A DNA stretch of 64,000 bases from an uncultured bacterium (GCA_963713855.1 OY970209.1:672001-736000); one strand, 5' to 3'. Counted from the first letter of the stretch, positions 42,975 to 53,608 are shown. Notes: a model not told the origin generated them from the letters alone. Program-made: numbers and translations.

Positions 42975-44018
42975 TTAAGCGGTGTTGATTATAGCATCAA
43001 TATATCGGTACATTTCTTCCGGTGCACGCTCGACTTCTGCTTGGCGGAGCACGTTAAGATAGTCCGGGTATTTTTGTGCCATAGCATAAGCATTATCAAG
43101 CTGGTGACTTGTTGTTTTACTTTCAAGCGGTATTATCAAGGAACGTGCCTTGAAAAAGGCGAGCTCAAACAATGTACCAGCACCGGCTCGTGTAATAACT
43201 AAGTCAGCTGAGGTATAGTAATGTTGAATAGCGGATTTATAGCTAAAGACGGTGGCTGTTACGCCGAGTCGCCTATAGAAATTTTCAACACCTTCCTGTT
43301 GGCTTGGCCCTGTCTGATGGAAAATAATAACGCTTTCCTGTGCGCCATAGTTTACCATACGGTGGCGAATGTATCCTTCGGCAAAGCTATTGAGAAACTC
43401 GGATCCCTGCGAACCACCCATCACGAAAAGAACGCGAGCATTAATCGGAATCTGAAGGTGCATTCTTGCTTCATTTTTAGTGCATTTATCCGATTCACTA
43501 AAGCGTAAGGGGTAAGAAGCCTCCTGTACCTTTTGAGGGCATGTTGTAAATGAAGTTCGCGCTGCAGGAAAGCAGACGTAAATCCGTTGAGCAAAACGTG
43601 CAAGAAACCGTACAGCTCTTCCCGGTACGGCATTAAGCTCATAGAGAGTGAATGGTATATGGAGTACATAAGCTGCTAAACATACGGGAACAGACAAAGC
43701 GCCACCCATGCTTACTACTTCACGAATTTTATGCTTTTTTAAGCTGAAAAGGCATTTTGCAAATGCAAGATGTGCTTTGAATGTAACGTTAAAAACGCTG
43801 TAAAAGTTTGAAAACCGTAAAACGGGGATAGTGCAGTGTGTATCAATCCAGGGAGCCTCTTGTATGATTGTTTTATCAAGGGGGAGGTTATGGGAAAAAA
43901 AGAGGATAGAAAAGCCCTCTTTTTGGCTTTTTCGTGCTAGGGTTAAAGCAGGCAGTATATGACCACCGGACTTGCCACCGACAAACGCTATGCGCTTGCT
44001 AGCGCTTTTTTGCAACAT
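42975..44018 (-). CDS. murG: Undecaprenyl-PP-MurNAc-pentapeptide GlcNAc transferase
   Basis: GGKSGGHILPA, ELNAVPG, GGSQGS, TRAGAGTLFEL, HQLDNA. Confidence 0.93.
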   Translation of the reverse strand: MLQKSASKRIAFVGGKSGGHILPALTLARKSQKEGFSILFFSHNLPLDKTIIQEAPWIDTHCTIPVLRFSNFYSVFNVTFKAHLAFAKCLFSLKKHKIREVVSMGGALSVPVCLAAYVLHIPFTLYELNAVPGRAVRFLARFAQRIYVCFPAARTSFTTCPQKVQEASYPLRFSESDKCTKNEARMHLQIPINARVLFVMGGSQGSEFLNSFAEGYIRHRMVNYGAQESVIIFHQTGPSQQEGVENFYRRLGVTATVFSYKSAIQHYYTSADLVITRAGAGTLFELAFFKARSLIIPLESKTTSHQLDNAYAMAQKYPDYLNVLRQAEVERAPEEMYRYIDAIINTA

Positions 44019-44454
44019 GATTTTTTCCTAAAGCTCTGTTGTAGAATAGGTAAAGAGATTTACGTAGATCTTCATCCTTTACTGCTGCAAGCGCCTGGGA
44101 TTCCGCGGCAGTAAGTGTGTGTTCCTGATAGGCGATATCTTTTGTAACTGGATCGCTTTGCTTTATCGTGATCTTATGTGGTTCAATCAATTTAAACTTA
44201 ATCTGGCGTATGTATGTGCCGCCAAGCGCGGTATTAAGCTGATTGCAGATGGTGCGCGAGAGCAAGTACAGTTCTTGCATCCAATGCACATCATATACAC
44301 CAAGGATAAGCACATCATCCTCTACTTTTTCAAAGCGAACGCGCTTATGAAGTGGTCCAGCTAACTGTTCCCACTTTTGTAGTAGCGTCAAGCGCCAGTC
44401 ACTTTGTGAGCAGGTAAGTAAAGAGTCGAGTAATTTTTTGATTGCTACTGTCAT
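43999..44454 (-). CDS. DciA/DUF721 family protein
   Basis: QKWEQLAG, VLILGV, WMQEL, IRQIKF. Confidence 0.75.
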   Translation of the reverse strand: MTVAIKKLLDSLLTCSQSDWRLTLLQKWEQLAGPLHKRVRFEKVEDDVLILGVYDVHWMQELYLLSRTICNQLNTALGGTYIRQIKFKLIEPHKITIKQSDPVTKDIAYQEHTLTAAESQALAAVKDEDLRKSLYLFYNRALGKNHVAKKR

Positions 44455-44597
44455 ACTTTTTTCCTCTTTGGCCTAGAGGGCAAGCAAGAAACTTATGGAT
44501 GCTCTTATTCATTAAGTAGCTTGAACGTTAAGAGCCCTACTAAGTCATAACAAAGAAGCCAAGAAAAAACAATGCCTATAGAGCAATTTATATCAAA

Positions 44598-44627
44598 CCA
44601 ATCCTCGACGAAGTTGTTGAGGATTGG
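44598..44627. terminator. Hairpin downstream of the GNAT cluster
   Basis: CCAATCCTC...GAGGATTGG. Confidence 0.55.
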
Positions 44628-44642
44628 CAGATTTTAAGTCTT

Positions 44643-45734
44643 TTAATGGATAGCTTTCTGCTCGTCAACAAACAGAGCCTCAGTTTGTCTGAACGTGTCC
44701 ATGGCCAGTGCTTTATCGGTCTCTTTCATTATCTTTTCAATTTGCTCAGGTCTATTAATCCATGCACCCAAGGCTTCTATGTTGTCATCGATGTACTTGA
44801 ATAAGCTCTCGATAGCTTTTTTAACATTAAGATCAAGCTTTTTTTTGCCGAGTATGTCCAAAGCGATTTTGCGTGTAACCTCTTTATCCATATAACGAAT
44901 AAGGTAGTGCCGAACAATTCGAGCTCTAGCCTCAATAGTTAATAGCCCTTTACGATCTGCTGTAAGGTTAGCTATACGATCCGCTATCATTACCTGACCG
45001 AAACCGTTTAAGATCTTCTGTCTTTTTTCATCCGTGAAAGCAGGTGCTTTAGTGTGTAGGTACTTTTTCCACTTGCTCCAGTCAACGTTCTGCCTTTTTT
45101 CAACCTCAAGTTTGAAGGCGACTTGTCCACTGGATTTACCCTCAATGCGATAAGCTTCTTCAACTTCGTTGCTAGCAGACATTTCAGTTAGTGGCACGAA
45201 GCCCTGCTTTTTATGCCAGTTAAAAGCTTGCATATTTGAACTGCTGATTCGAGCCAGGATGGTCTTTACGTTGCTTTGTAGCAGGTCTTCCTTACATGCG
45301 TTAAAAAGCGTGGTTCCAAAACCCTTACCTTGGTGCTTCTCATCAATACCAATGTACGATAACTCTCCGTAGGAATTATCGGACACTGAGTCTGTATCAG
45401 AAAGTAATGCTGATACAACGTCGATCGTCGCATACATCGCTATTCCAATTATGTCGTTATTATCAATAAGGACTTTTGCTCTAGCAGGTTTTGCACCATC
45501 AATCAATGTATGGCCATATGGCGTAAAGGTAAAAAGAAGTGAGTCAAAAAAACCAGAGCAGAGTGCATTAGTTTCTTCAAAAGCTTTCCAGTGTTGTACG
45601 CAAATATCATGTGCAGCATTGTAGTCAGTTTTGTAATTGTATTCTCTTATGGTAGCTGCATGCAGTGTGAAGCAAGCAAGGGCCACCACGATAAAACTAA
45701 GCGTATTGGAGATTTTCTTTAGAGAATTACTCAT
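44643..45734 (-). CDS. Secreted GNAT acetyltransferase with C-terminal helical domain
   Basis: Signal peptide; IGIDEKHQGKGFG (motif A); NMQAFNWHKKQGF. Confidence 0.8.
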   Translation of the reverse strand: MSNSLKKISNTLSFIVVALACFTLHAATIREYNYKTDYNAAHDICVQHWKAFEETNALCSGFFDSLLFTFTPYGHTLIDGAKPARAKVLIDNNDIIGIAMYATIDVVSALLSDTDSVSDNSYGELSYIGIDEKHQGKGFGTTLFNACKEDLLQSNVKTILARISSSNMQAFNWHKKQGFVPLTEMSASNEVEEAYRIEGKSSGQVAFKLEVEKRQNVDWSKWKKYLHTKAPAFTDEKRQKILNGFGQVMIADRIANLTADRKGLLTIEARARIVRHYLIRYMDKEVTRKIALDILGKKKLDLNVKKAIESLFKYIDDNIEALGAWINRPEQIEKIMKETDKALAMDTFRQTEALFVDEQKAIH

Positions 45735-45767
45735 GTGTATCACGATAATTGTCTTCCTATTTTTGTG

Positions 45768-46796
45768 TTAGTGAATTTTGCTGACCTCATCTAGAAGTTT
45801 TTGCAGATACGAAGGACTGTTGATAAGGGCTATTAGAGCTGGCACGTTGTCATCTACGAAGTCGAATAGCCTTTCCAAAGCCCCTTTTACTTCAGGGGTA
45901 ACCTTTGTAAGTCCGAGTGTGTAAGCGATGGTCTTGAGCGTTTTCTCTCTTTCGCTAAAATCTCGAAGATATCGTCGAGCTATGTATACACGTTGCTCAT
46001 AGGTAAATTCAGTTAGGTAAGCTGTGCTCTCAGCTAGCATATGTGCTATTTTACTCTGAGCTAAATCGGATAAAGTATTTTGCTCGGCTGATTGTTCAAG
46101 CTCTTCAGCATCTTCAAGCAAGTGTCCCCTCCACTGATCCCATTTGATGGCGCTTCTCGGCTTCAGTTCTAATTTAAAGGGATCCAGTTTTGAGGCTTCT
46201 GCCTCAAGTCGATAAGACTCTTCAAAAGGGCTAATTGCTGTGACGTGGTCTAGGGGGATAAAGCCTTGCTTTTCTAGCCAGGCTATGTGCGGTCTATCTG
46301 TGCGAACCGCACGTGCTAAAACTGTTTTAACGCCTGGAGATTTTAATAATTCGGCTTTACATGAATTAAAAAGAGCGGTCTTATAATCGCCCTTAACACT
46401 TTTATCAACTGCTATATAGCAAAGCTCTGCGTACGAGTCATCATGAGGAATATTTTTTTTCGTAAGCAGTTTGGCCGCCGGAAGGGGATACGCGTAAAGA
46501 ACAATGCCAACTATTTTTGGCTCATTGAGAATGACCTTGCTCTTTAAGCCGAGTTGACTAGCGTGCTTAGTTTCAAGGTCTGTGAAAGTCAGGAGAAGTG
46601 TATCGAAAATTCCAGAGCATATTGAATCAGTTTCTGCAAAAGATTTCCAATGCTGAACACAAATATTATGCGCTGCCTGATAATCGGTTTTGTAATTGTA
46701 CTTTCTTATTTTAGCAGCTTGAATAGGGATGGTTGCAAAACCGGAAAGTAGAAAAAGTGTCGCATTGAAGGTGCTTTTTAGCTCGAAATACGCCAT
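45768..46796 (-). CDS. Secreted GNAT-like paralog, motif A degenerate
   Basis: IRKYNYKTDY, AELCYIAVDK and WLEKQGF align with 44643; no GxG. Confidence 0.75.
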   Translation of the reverse strand: MAYFELKSTFNATLFLLSGFATIPIQAAKIRKYNYKTDYQAAHNICVQHWKSFAETDSICSGIFDTLLLTFTDLETKHASQLGLKSKVILNEPKIVGIVLYAYPLPAAKLLTKKNIPHDDSYAELCYIAVDKSVKGDYKTALFNSCKAELLKSPGVKTVLARAVRTDRPHIAWLEKQGFIPLDHVTAISPFEESYRLEAEASKLDPFKLELKPRSAIKWDQWRGHLLEDAEELEQSAEQNTLSDLAQSKIAHMLAESTAYLTEFTYEQRVYIARRYLRDFSEREKTLKTIAYTLGLTKVTPEVKGALERLFDFVDDNVPALIALINSPSYLQKLLDEVSKIH

Positions 46797-46815
46797 AAAC
46801 AACGCTCCTTGGGGT

Positions 46816-47868
46816 TTAATGAAGAATGTTTCCAATCTCATCTAGAAGTTTTTGCAGATACTGGGGACTATTAAATAGATCTTCTAGAGCGGGCAAGTTA
46901 GCATCAACGTAATCAAATAGCCTTTCCATAGACTGCTCCATTTCACGGGTAATTGATGTAAGTCCGAACGTGTAAGCAACAATCTTGGATGTTTTCTGCC
47001 TATCGCCAACTCTAAGATATAGTCGAGCGATCGACTGACGTTGATCGTAAGTGAATTCGGTTATATGTGCTGTACCTTCGGCCAATATATGTGCCGATTT
47101 ACTCTGGGCTAAATCGGATAAGATATTTCGTTGCACGGATATTTGGAATTCTTCTGCATCTTCAAGAAAGTGTCTCTTCCAATCGCCCCACTCAACATTG
47201 CTTCTGGGCTCCAGTTCTAATTTAAAAGAATCCTGCTTTGCAGCCTCAGAATCAAGCCGATAAGCTTCTTCAAAAGGGGTGCTTGCAGTTACGGGGTTAA
47301 GGGGGACAAATCCTTGCAGTTCTAACCATGCTTTGTACGCTCTATTTGAGCGAACTACACGTGCTAAAACCGTTTTGATTTCTTGAGATTTTAAAAACTC
47401 CGATTTGCACGAATTAAACAGCGGATTCTTATAGCTACTGTGAGCATTTTTGTCGATGAGTATAACAGTAAGTTCCGCATAAGAATTATCGTTCACAAAG
47501 CTCCTTTTCATAAGCCAGTCATGCGCTGGGATAGGATAAGCATAAAACGCGATGCCCATTATTTTTTTATCTTTGAGAATTACCTTACTCTTTAAGCCGC
47601 TCCCACTTGCGCGCACTGTCGTTGAGGGAGTGTCAGAGAAAGCTAATAAAAAAGTGTCAAACTGCCCGGTGCACGTAGAATCCGCTTCTGCCAAAAATTC
47701 CCATTGTTGACGGCAAAGATAACGAGCTGCTTGATAATCAGTTCTATAGTTATATTTTCTTATTTTGGCGATTTTTTTCGTTTCTTGGGCTTTTATAGAG
47801 ACGGTCGTAAGACCTAAAAGCAGAAAGGCTGAAATATTAATAAACCTTTTTAGCTTGAAATACGCCAT
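46816..47868 (-). CDS. Secreted GNAT-like paralog, motif A degenerate
   Basis: Closely similar to 45768..46796. Confidence 0.75.
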   Translation of the reverse strand: MAYFKLKRFINISAFLLLGLTTVSIKAQETKKIAKIRKYNYRTDYQAARYLCRQQWEFLAEADSTCTGQFDTFLLAFSDTPSTTVRASGSGLKSKVILKDKKIMGIAFYAYPIPAHDWLMKRSFVNDNSYAELTVILIDKNAHSSYKNPLFNSCKSEFLKSQEIKTVLARVVRSNRAYKAWLELQGFVPLNPVTASTPFEEAYRLDSEAAKQDSFKLELEPRSNVEWGDWKRHFLEDAEEFQISVQRNILSDLAQSKSAHILAEGTAHITEFTYDQRQSIARLYLRVGDRQKTSKIVAYTFGLTSITREMEQSMERLFDYVDANLPALEDLFNSPQYLQKLLDEIGNILH

Positions 47869-47901
47869 AAACAAGTCTCCTTATACTACATGATCCGATG
47901 G

Positions 47902-47928
47902 TACACGAAGGCCATAGGCCTTCGTGTA
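47902..47928. terminator. Perfect hairpin
   Basis: TACACGAAGGCC-ATA-GGCCTTCGTGTA downstream of the 47960 gene. Confidence 0.55.
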
Positions 47929-47959
47929 GAGCAATTATAAGCTCACGCTTGCCTGTTAC

Positions 47960-48607
47960 TTAGTAATATCTTTTAATGGTTGTTCGGCTTATTGTCTCGC
48001 ATTCGCCGTCGCGGCAGCTGAATCGACCCACATTGTCGTTTTCATAGACACCTATTTTAGTTCCTCTTGCAACAAGTACATTGATCACATCGCCAGGAAA
48101 CAAATACCAAGCTCTATCAAGTGTATGATCCCAGCACCAGTTAAGGCAGACGCAATAGGCAACCGTATTATCTCTGCGATAGCAGTTTTCGGCGCACTCT
48201 GTGCAGTCCTGTTCTTTATGATGAGGATTTTTTGTTTGGAAAGTGTACGCTTCATCGAATGAGTTTTGAAGTTTATGGTTAACAAGTGAGCCATGGATAG
48301 ACTTTATTGTGTTGTTGTGTTCAACAAAAGCAATGGTATCATCACTTTTTTGAATCACGGTATAACCACTTGCAAAACCCGGGCGATGCCATCCTAATAA
48401 GCGAGCATCTGTAAAGATGGTTTGCTTTTCACCAGCGGAAATCCAATATAACGTCAGCTTTGATGCATCAGATCGTGTAAAGGGTTTATTAAGTGCAATA
48501 AAACCTAAACGCCCACCCGTCTCATTAATAACGGTAAGAATCTGCGCTTTTGTAGCACAAAAAGACATGCTTGCAAAAGCCAGTAATAGTAAGAACATTT
48601 TTTTCAT
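47960..48607 (-). CDS. Secreted protein with Cys-rich C-terminal region
   Basis: Signal peptide MKKMFLLLLAFA; CTECAENC..CVCLNWC. Confidence 0.7.
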   Translation of the reverse strand: MKKMFLLLLAFASMSFCATKAQILTVINETGGRLGFIALNKPFTRSDASKLTLYWISAGEKQTIFTDARLLGWHRPGFASGYTVIQKSDDTIAFVEHNNTIKSIHGSLVNHKLQNSFDEAYTFQTKNPHHKEQDCTECAENCYRRDNTVAYCVCLNWCWDHTLDRAWYLFPGDVINVLVARGTKIGVYENDNVGRFSCRDGECETISRTTIKRYY

Positions 48608-48735
48608 AAGAAATCCTAAATTCCAGATGCTAACAATACTCATATGCTGTTGAAAAACTATCACAATTTGCTTTTATTGTCAAATAAGCATAATGCGAGA
48701 GCTCATACGTAAAAAGCCTTTATTTAAGATAATTT

Positions 48736-49458
48736 TCAAAAGGTCATGCGTGAAAAAAGTGTTCTCCAAAACATTTTTCCACTTCCCGGAAGTGGTGGGT
48801 ACTGAATCATCTCTTGTATAGATTTTGTTTTAGAAAGGGCGTATGAGGCTTTATGTGTGTCCTCTTTTGCAATTGCGGTTTTGTATTCTTGAAGCCAGTA
48901 ATGAGCAATAGTTTCAAGAATGGGCTTTGTCTCTTGTTCTGACGGCATCTCTTTTTCAACTACGGATGCAAAAGTAACCCAAGCCTGTGGATCAGGTTTT
49001 GTAAAAAAGCCACAAAACGTTTCCCATTTTTGAGTATTTTTGTGCTCAAAATGAAGAATGATGCAGCGAGATGTAAGCGTTGGAAGAACTGATTCAAGAG
49101 ACTCTGTCAAAAAAATAAAGTGATATCCAGCTGGGGGTTCTTCAACCACTTTAAGTAACGTATGCGCCGAGCTTGATGAAAGTTTTTCCGTCTCCTGAAA
49201 GACTATGTAGGAGTGCTCCCCCTCAACTACCGAAAAAGAAAGAGAATGAGCAAGCTCGTGCATTTGCTCAACCGTGTAATAATGCTTTTCCGGAACAAGC
49301 CAAAAAAGAAGGTGATGGTGATGAGCTTTAATATGCGTGCAGGTAGGGCAGCTATTGCACCCTTGTTTAGAGCACCAGACCCGCTTTAAATGCTCCTCGG
49401 TATGCTTAATTGTTTCTGAGCGAGGACCTACGAATATATAAGCAGCATGTTGGCGCAT
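48736..49458 (-). CDS. holB: DNA polymerase III delta-prime subunit (divergent)
   Basis: C..GCNSCPTC Zn module, LLKVVEEPP, LPTLTSRC; follows tmk. Confidence 0.82.
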   Translation of the reverse strand: MRQHAAYIFVGPRSETIKHTEEHLKRVWCSKQGCNSCPTCTHIKAHHHHLLFWLVPEKHYYTVEQMHELAHSLSFSVVEGEHSYIVFQETEKLSSSSAHTLLKVVEEPPAGYHFIFLTESLESVLPTLTSRCIILHFEHKNTQKWETFCGFFTKPDPQAWVTFASVVEKEMPSEQETKPILETIAHYWLQEYKTAIAKEDTHKASYALSKTKSIQEMIQYPPLPGSGKMFWRTLFSRMTF

Positions 49459-50102
49459 TATCGTACCTTTTTAAGATCGAGCCACTGGATGGTATACTCA
49501 TACGTTTTTTCTAAAAGACTTTCGGGTGACTGCTCTGCATTGAGAAAGACAACTTCGGGCCTATCAGCAAAAATGGTGTTGAATCCTGTAATGACGGCTC
49601 GATAGAAATCTTTATCTTGAGCTTCAAAGCGCGTGAGTTTTTCTTTACGTGCAATAATTCTTTCCCATGCTTTTTCCGGATCAAGCACGAGATAAAAAAC
49701 GACGTCCGGTTTTATTCCCTGAACGGCCTTATCTATGACCGATTCAAGAAAATTTCTATCCACGCGTCTTCCAAACCCCTGATACGCTCTACTCGAATCA
49801 GCCATTCGATCAGATAGGACGAGCCTTTTTTCGTGTAAAGCGGGCTTTACGACCTCAGCGACATGTTGCGCTCTATCAGCTGCAAACAAAAAAAGCTCCG
49901 CTAGTGGATTAAGTTTAGAAGCTTGGTGCTGCACAAGGTTTCGAATATCTGAGCCTACGCTTGTACCACCCGGTTCTTTAGTCAAAAGAGGTTCAAATCC
50001 TGCTTCTTGCAGTTTTTGGGTTAGTAGTTTTGAAAGCGTTGACTTTCCCGAGCCATCAATGCCCTCGAAAGTTATTAATACTCCACGATCTAGTGTTATC
50101 AT
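49458..50102 (-). CDS. tmk: Thymidylate kinase
   Basis: FEGIDGSGKST, KEPGGT, AADRAQH, SDR, AYQG. Confidence 0.96.
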   Translation of the reverse strand: MITLDRGVLITFEGIDGSGKSTLSKLLTQKLQEAGFEPLLTKEPGGTSVGSDIRNLVQHQASKLNPLAELFLFAADRAQHVAEVVKPALHEKRLVLSDRMADSSRAYQGFGRRVDRNFLESVIDKAVQGIKPDVVFYLVLDPEKAWERIIARKEKLTRFEAQDKDFYRAVITGFNTIFADRPEVVFLNAEQSPESLLEKTYEYTIQWLDLKKVR

Positions 50103-50270
50103 TGTAGTGCTGTTATAGGTTATAAAAGATGATACTACAAAGTATACGCGACTAACTCTTTTTAGAAAAGGTTTGACGGTGAAAATTAGGTCGATGTCTT
50201 TACAGCTCAATCGTTTCCTGTTTGACCGCAAACTTTTCCTGTCAGTGATGGAATAAATCGTAAGGTCGCG

Positions 50271-51806
50271 TTACTTTGATCGTTCGTGGTTTTGGTCAGA
50301 AAACAACTTAAAGTAGTGTTGCGCTTCATTTGGTTTTCCCAAGTCATTATAAAGATTACCCAGTGCCTGCAGGGCGATACCAAATCCTTGGCCAGCAGCC
50401 ATCTTGTAGAAGCGTATTGCTTCTTCTACATTTCCTATTTTTTCGTAGAGCTGACCAAGGTTGTACTGAGCTTTGACATCCTTTAGATCCGCCGCCTTTT
50501 TATAGGATTCTTCTGCTTTTACTAGATTGCCCTGGTTGTAATAGAAAACGCCTAGGTCGGTATGGGCCTGGACTAAGTTTTGATCTGCAGCCATCTTGTA
50601 GTATTTTTCAGCTAGATCGTATTTTCCCGATTGAACGTAGTGAAACGCAAGGTTATATTGTGCTTCAGCTTTTCCGGCATCCGCAGCCATTTTATTAAAT
50701 TTTTCTGCTTTTACTACATCGCCTTTTTTAGTATAGAGTATGCCTAAATTAAAATGAGCATTGACATCCCCTTGATCGGAAGCCATTGCGAAGTACTTTT
50801 CAGCTAGATCATATTCCTCTCGTTCTGCATACAAAACACCCAGGTCAAATTGAGACGGACCATCTCCTTGATCGGCAGCCAGTTTTAAGTAACGTTCCGC
50901 TTCTTGCAAGTTGCCCATTTTCTCATAAACATAGCCCAAACCAGCTTGAGCCACGACATTTTCTTGATCAGCTAACGGTTTGTAGTAGCTTTCTGCCTCT
51001 GATAGATCTCCTTTGTTAGCATAGAGTGCGCCCAGATCAGTGAGTGCCCTGACATGTTTTTGATCTGCGGCCATTTTGTAATACTGTTCTGCTTGTTCGT
51101 GTTTGCCTATTTGGTAAGAAAAATAAGCGAACAAAAATTGATCATTAGCATTTCCGGTTTTGGCGGCCACTCGGTAAAAGTGCTCGAGTTCTGATACATT
51201 AGCCATTGTTTCATAGAGAGAAGGATCATATCCTTGAGCAGCAGCCATCTTGTAGCAGCGTTCTGCCTTTCCTGGATCTCCCATTCTAGAATGGAATACA
51301 CCCAAATTAAACTGAGCGCCGGCATTTCCTCCATCAGCAGCCATTTGCAAGTATTTTTCTGCTTGATCGTATTTTTTTAATCCGATACTGAGAAAGCCTA
51401 GATTATATTGAGCTGGACCGTGTCCGCGATCAGCAGCTATTATCAAATAGTGGTCTGCTTGATCGTATTTTTTTGTTTCGGTAAAAAAGAGGGCCAGTTG
51501 AAATATAGCTGCATTATCTTCTTGATCAGCTGCCATCTTAAGGTATTTTTCCGCTTCTGATAGCTTTCCCATTTTCTTATAAGTGTTGCCAAGCTCAACT
51601 TGAGCATTGACATCACCTTGATCTGCGCGCGTCTTTAATGTTTCTGATTTTTCTTCGTCTTCTGTGCGTAGAATATATTCATCTACGATGTGCTTTTCTT
51701 CCGGATCACTTATATAAGTGGAATTACTGTCACTTGTTTGTGAAATCAGCTGGTGACACGAAAAAAGCATCGCTGAAATTATATTTAACAAAAGTATCTT
51801 TTTCAT
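50271..51806 (-). CDS. Secreted Sel1-like repeat protein
   Basis: About a dozen AQxNLG..AEKYYKMAADQG repeats after a signal peptide. Confidence 0.92.
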   Translation of the reverse strand: MKKILLLNIISAMLFSCHQLISQTSDSNSTYISDPEEKHIVDEYILRTEDEEKSETLKTRADQGDVNAQVELGNTYKKMGKLSEAEKYLKMAADQEDNAAIFQLALFFTETKKYDQADHYLIIAADRGHGPAQYNLGFLSIGLKKYDQAEKYLQMAADGGNAGAQFNLGVFHSRMGDPGKAERCYKMAAAQGYDPSLYETMANVSELEHFYRVAAKTGNANDQFLFAYFSYQIGKHEQAEQYYKMAADQKHVRALTDLGALYANKGDLSEAESYYKPLADQENVVAQAGLGYVYEKMGNLQEAERYLKLAADQGDGPSQFDLGVLYAEREEYDLAEKYFAMASDQGDVNAHFNLGILYTKKGDVVKAEKFNKMAADAGKAEAQYNLAFHYVQSGKYDLAEKYYKMAADQNLVQAHTDLGVFYYNQGNLVKAEESYKKAADLKDVKAQYNLGQLYEKIGNVEEAIRFYKMAAGQGFGIALQALGNLYNDLGKPNEAQHYFKLFSDQNHERSK

Positions 51807-52207
51807 TGTTTACCTAACAAATGGCTTTTTCAAAATTTCAATAATGCTAGAGACCAAGCTTATTATATCATTGAATAAGCTTTTCTAAAATAGTGCCTAA
51901 AATAGTTATGAAATCGCTCAATTTTGTTGAGAGCGACAAATGCGCATAAGGATTTCTCGGTGGGTTTAGATAAGACGTTCTTCAGGCTGGTGAATTTTTT
52001 TATGTACCTCTTTTTTGTAAGCTTTGCTTTTTCTCATAACTCCGGACTTGAAAGAAGGAGAAATGACTCAAATCCCAAAGCTCCAAGTAGGATGATGAGG
52101 GTATAAAAACGAGGATTTCCTCATGAAGACAACATCTTATAAAAACTTTCACGATTTAGCCTGATTTTTGAGCGAGATGGGTAAAGCTCCCTACGCGTTG
52201 ACAATTA

Positions 52208-53608
52208 CTATTCTTTGTGAGCCATTTGGTGGAAGGCTTTAGCCTCGGCTTCGCCAAGCCACGAAAGGTTAATTCCCGCAATTGATTTTACTGACTGAGA
52301 CCCTAATCGCTCACGTAGAAGATTATAGCTATAGAGTGCTTCGAGCTTGTAAAAGGTACTGTCGGGAAAATCTTTGAGATTTTTCAAGCTATGTTTAGTA
52401 TCCCATACGAGATGCCAATTGAATTCGTGTTCGAACGCTCTTGTTTCAAACTCTTTTAGGCGAGCCGTCTTCCATTCTTGATAATCCTTTGCTTGTTGCC
52501 GGTCTTGCCACGCGCTATACACCTTTAAAAAATCGAGAGCACCTCTTGTTTTGGCTGGAATAAAGAAGTTAGCTGTTCTCTCAATAGCGCCTGTTGGAAG
52601 GCATTGTCCTCTTGTGTCCCAATCCCTTAAAGCTTTATTTATATCAATTCCATTTGCTATTAAAAAACCCGCTGTGTAAAGTGCAATTTTAAGCCCAGAT
52701 GGATGAACTGCATCTTCGTTGGCAATGCCGGGAACGCTAAATTGATTGATCATCCATAGAATTGTGTTTAAGTGATTTTTTTCCCATAATTTTTTGAGCG
52801 CGAATAGGTCGGCTTGTTGTTCGATGATTATGGATAGAAGCTTCTTTTGAAATTTTTGAGGATCATCGGGAGGGTTCCAGAAAGGTTCACCTTTTGCAAG
52901 TATTTGATTTATTCTTCTTCCTATTTCACTACTACTATCTATAGCGCGTGTTGCTAAACCGATATAGTGATTTACTGTTTCTGGAATTTGCTTAAAAACG
53001 GGATTCTCAAGATAGAACGTGTAATAATTATTATTCTCTGCATAATGTAGAATTTCAACGTGATTCTTTGCGATGTGGCCTAATTCATGATAAACAGTGT
53101 AGAGGCGATCATCGAGATCGGGGCTAGAACATAGTGCAACAACGCCGATCCCAGCCCAGCCCCCTTTGCCTTTGGTTGAAAGAGGGATTACAGAATGTTC
53201 TATGCCTGAAATACGACGAGCTTCTTCAATAAGTGCTATCTGGCTTGGAGAGGGGTATGAAGCACCGTAGCCTGTCGACGTGTGATACCCTAACTCGATG
53301 CTGTGTTTCTGTTTCTCTTTTAGACGCTCACTTTCGTATACAGGGAATGCTTCATCAGTTACTTCTTGGATCCACGTCTTATCGATATCACTCAAGGAAA
53401 GAGCAGTTGGTCTTTTTAAAAGCTCTCTTAAACTATTGTATGCCTTTAGCGCATAATATTTTTTATAAAAATTATAGTAACTTGTTGATTCCACATCTTT
53501 CAGATTCGAGAGTAGCTCTACTACAAGCTCGGGAAAATTCTCGGGCACGGATGAGCAGGATAGGGTAAAAGTAAGTAAAATAACGATAGCGTATTTTTTA
53601 AAATCCAT
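52208..53608 (-). CDS. Exported HExxH zinc metallopeptidase-like protein (M48-like motifs)
   Basis: YHELGH, EQQADLFA, VHPS; possible lipobox LSC. Confidence 0.65.
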   Translation of the reverse strand: MDFKKYAIVILLTFTLSCSSVPENFPELVVELLSNLKDVESTSYYNFYKKYYALKAYNSLRELLKRPTALSLSDIDKTWIQEVTDEAFPVYESERLKEKQKHSIELGYHTSTGYGASYPSPSQIALIEEARRISGIEHSVIPLSTKGKGGWAGIGVVALCSSPDLDDRLYTVYHELGHIAKNHVEILHYAENNNYYTFYLENPVFKQIPETVNHYIGLATRAIDSSSEIGRRINQILAKGEPFWNPPDDPQKFQKKLLSIIIEQQADLFALKKLWEKNHLNTILWMINQFSVPGIANEDAVHPSGLKIALYTAGFLIANGIDINKALRDWDTRGQCLPTGAIERTANFFIPAKTRGALDFLKVYSAWQDRQQAKDYQEWKTARLKEFETRAFEHEFNWHLVWDTKHSLKNLKDFPDSTFYKLEALYSYNLLRERLGSQSVKSIAGINLSWLGEAEAKAFHQMAHKE

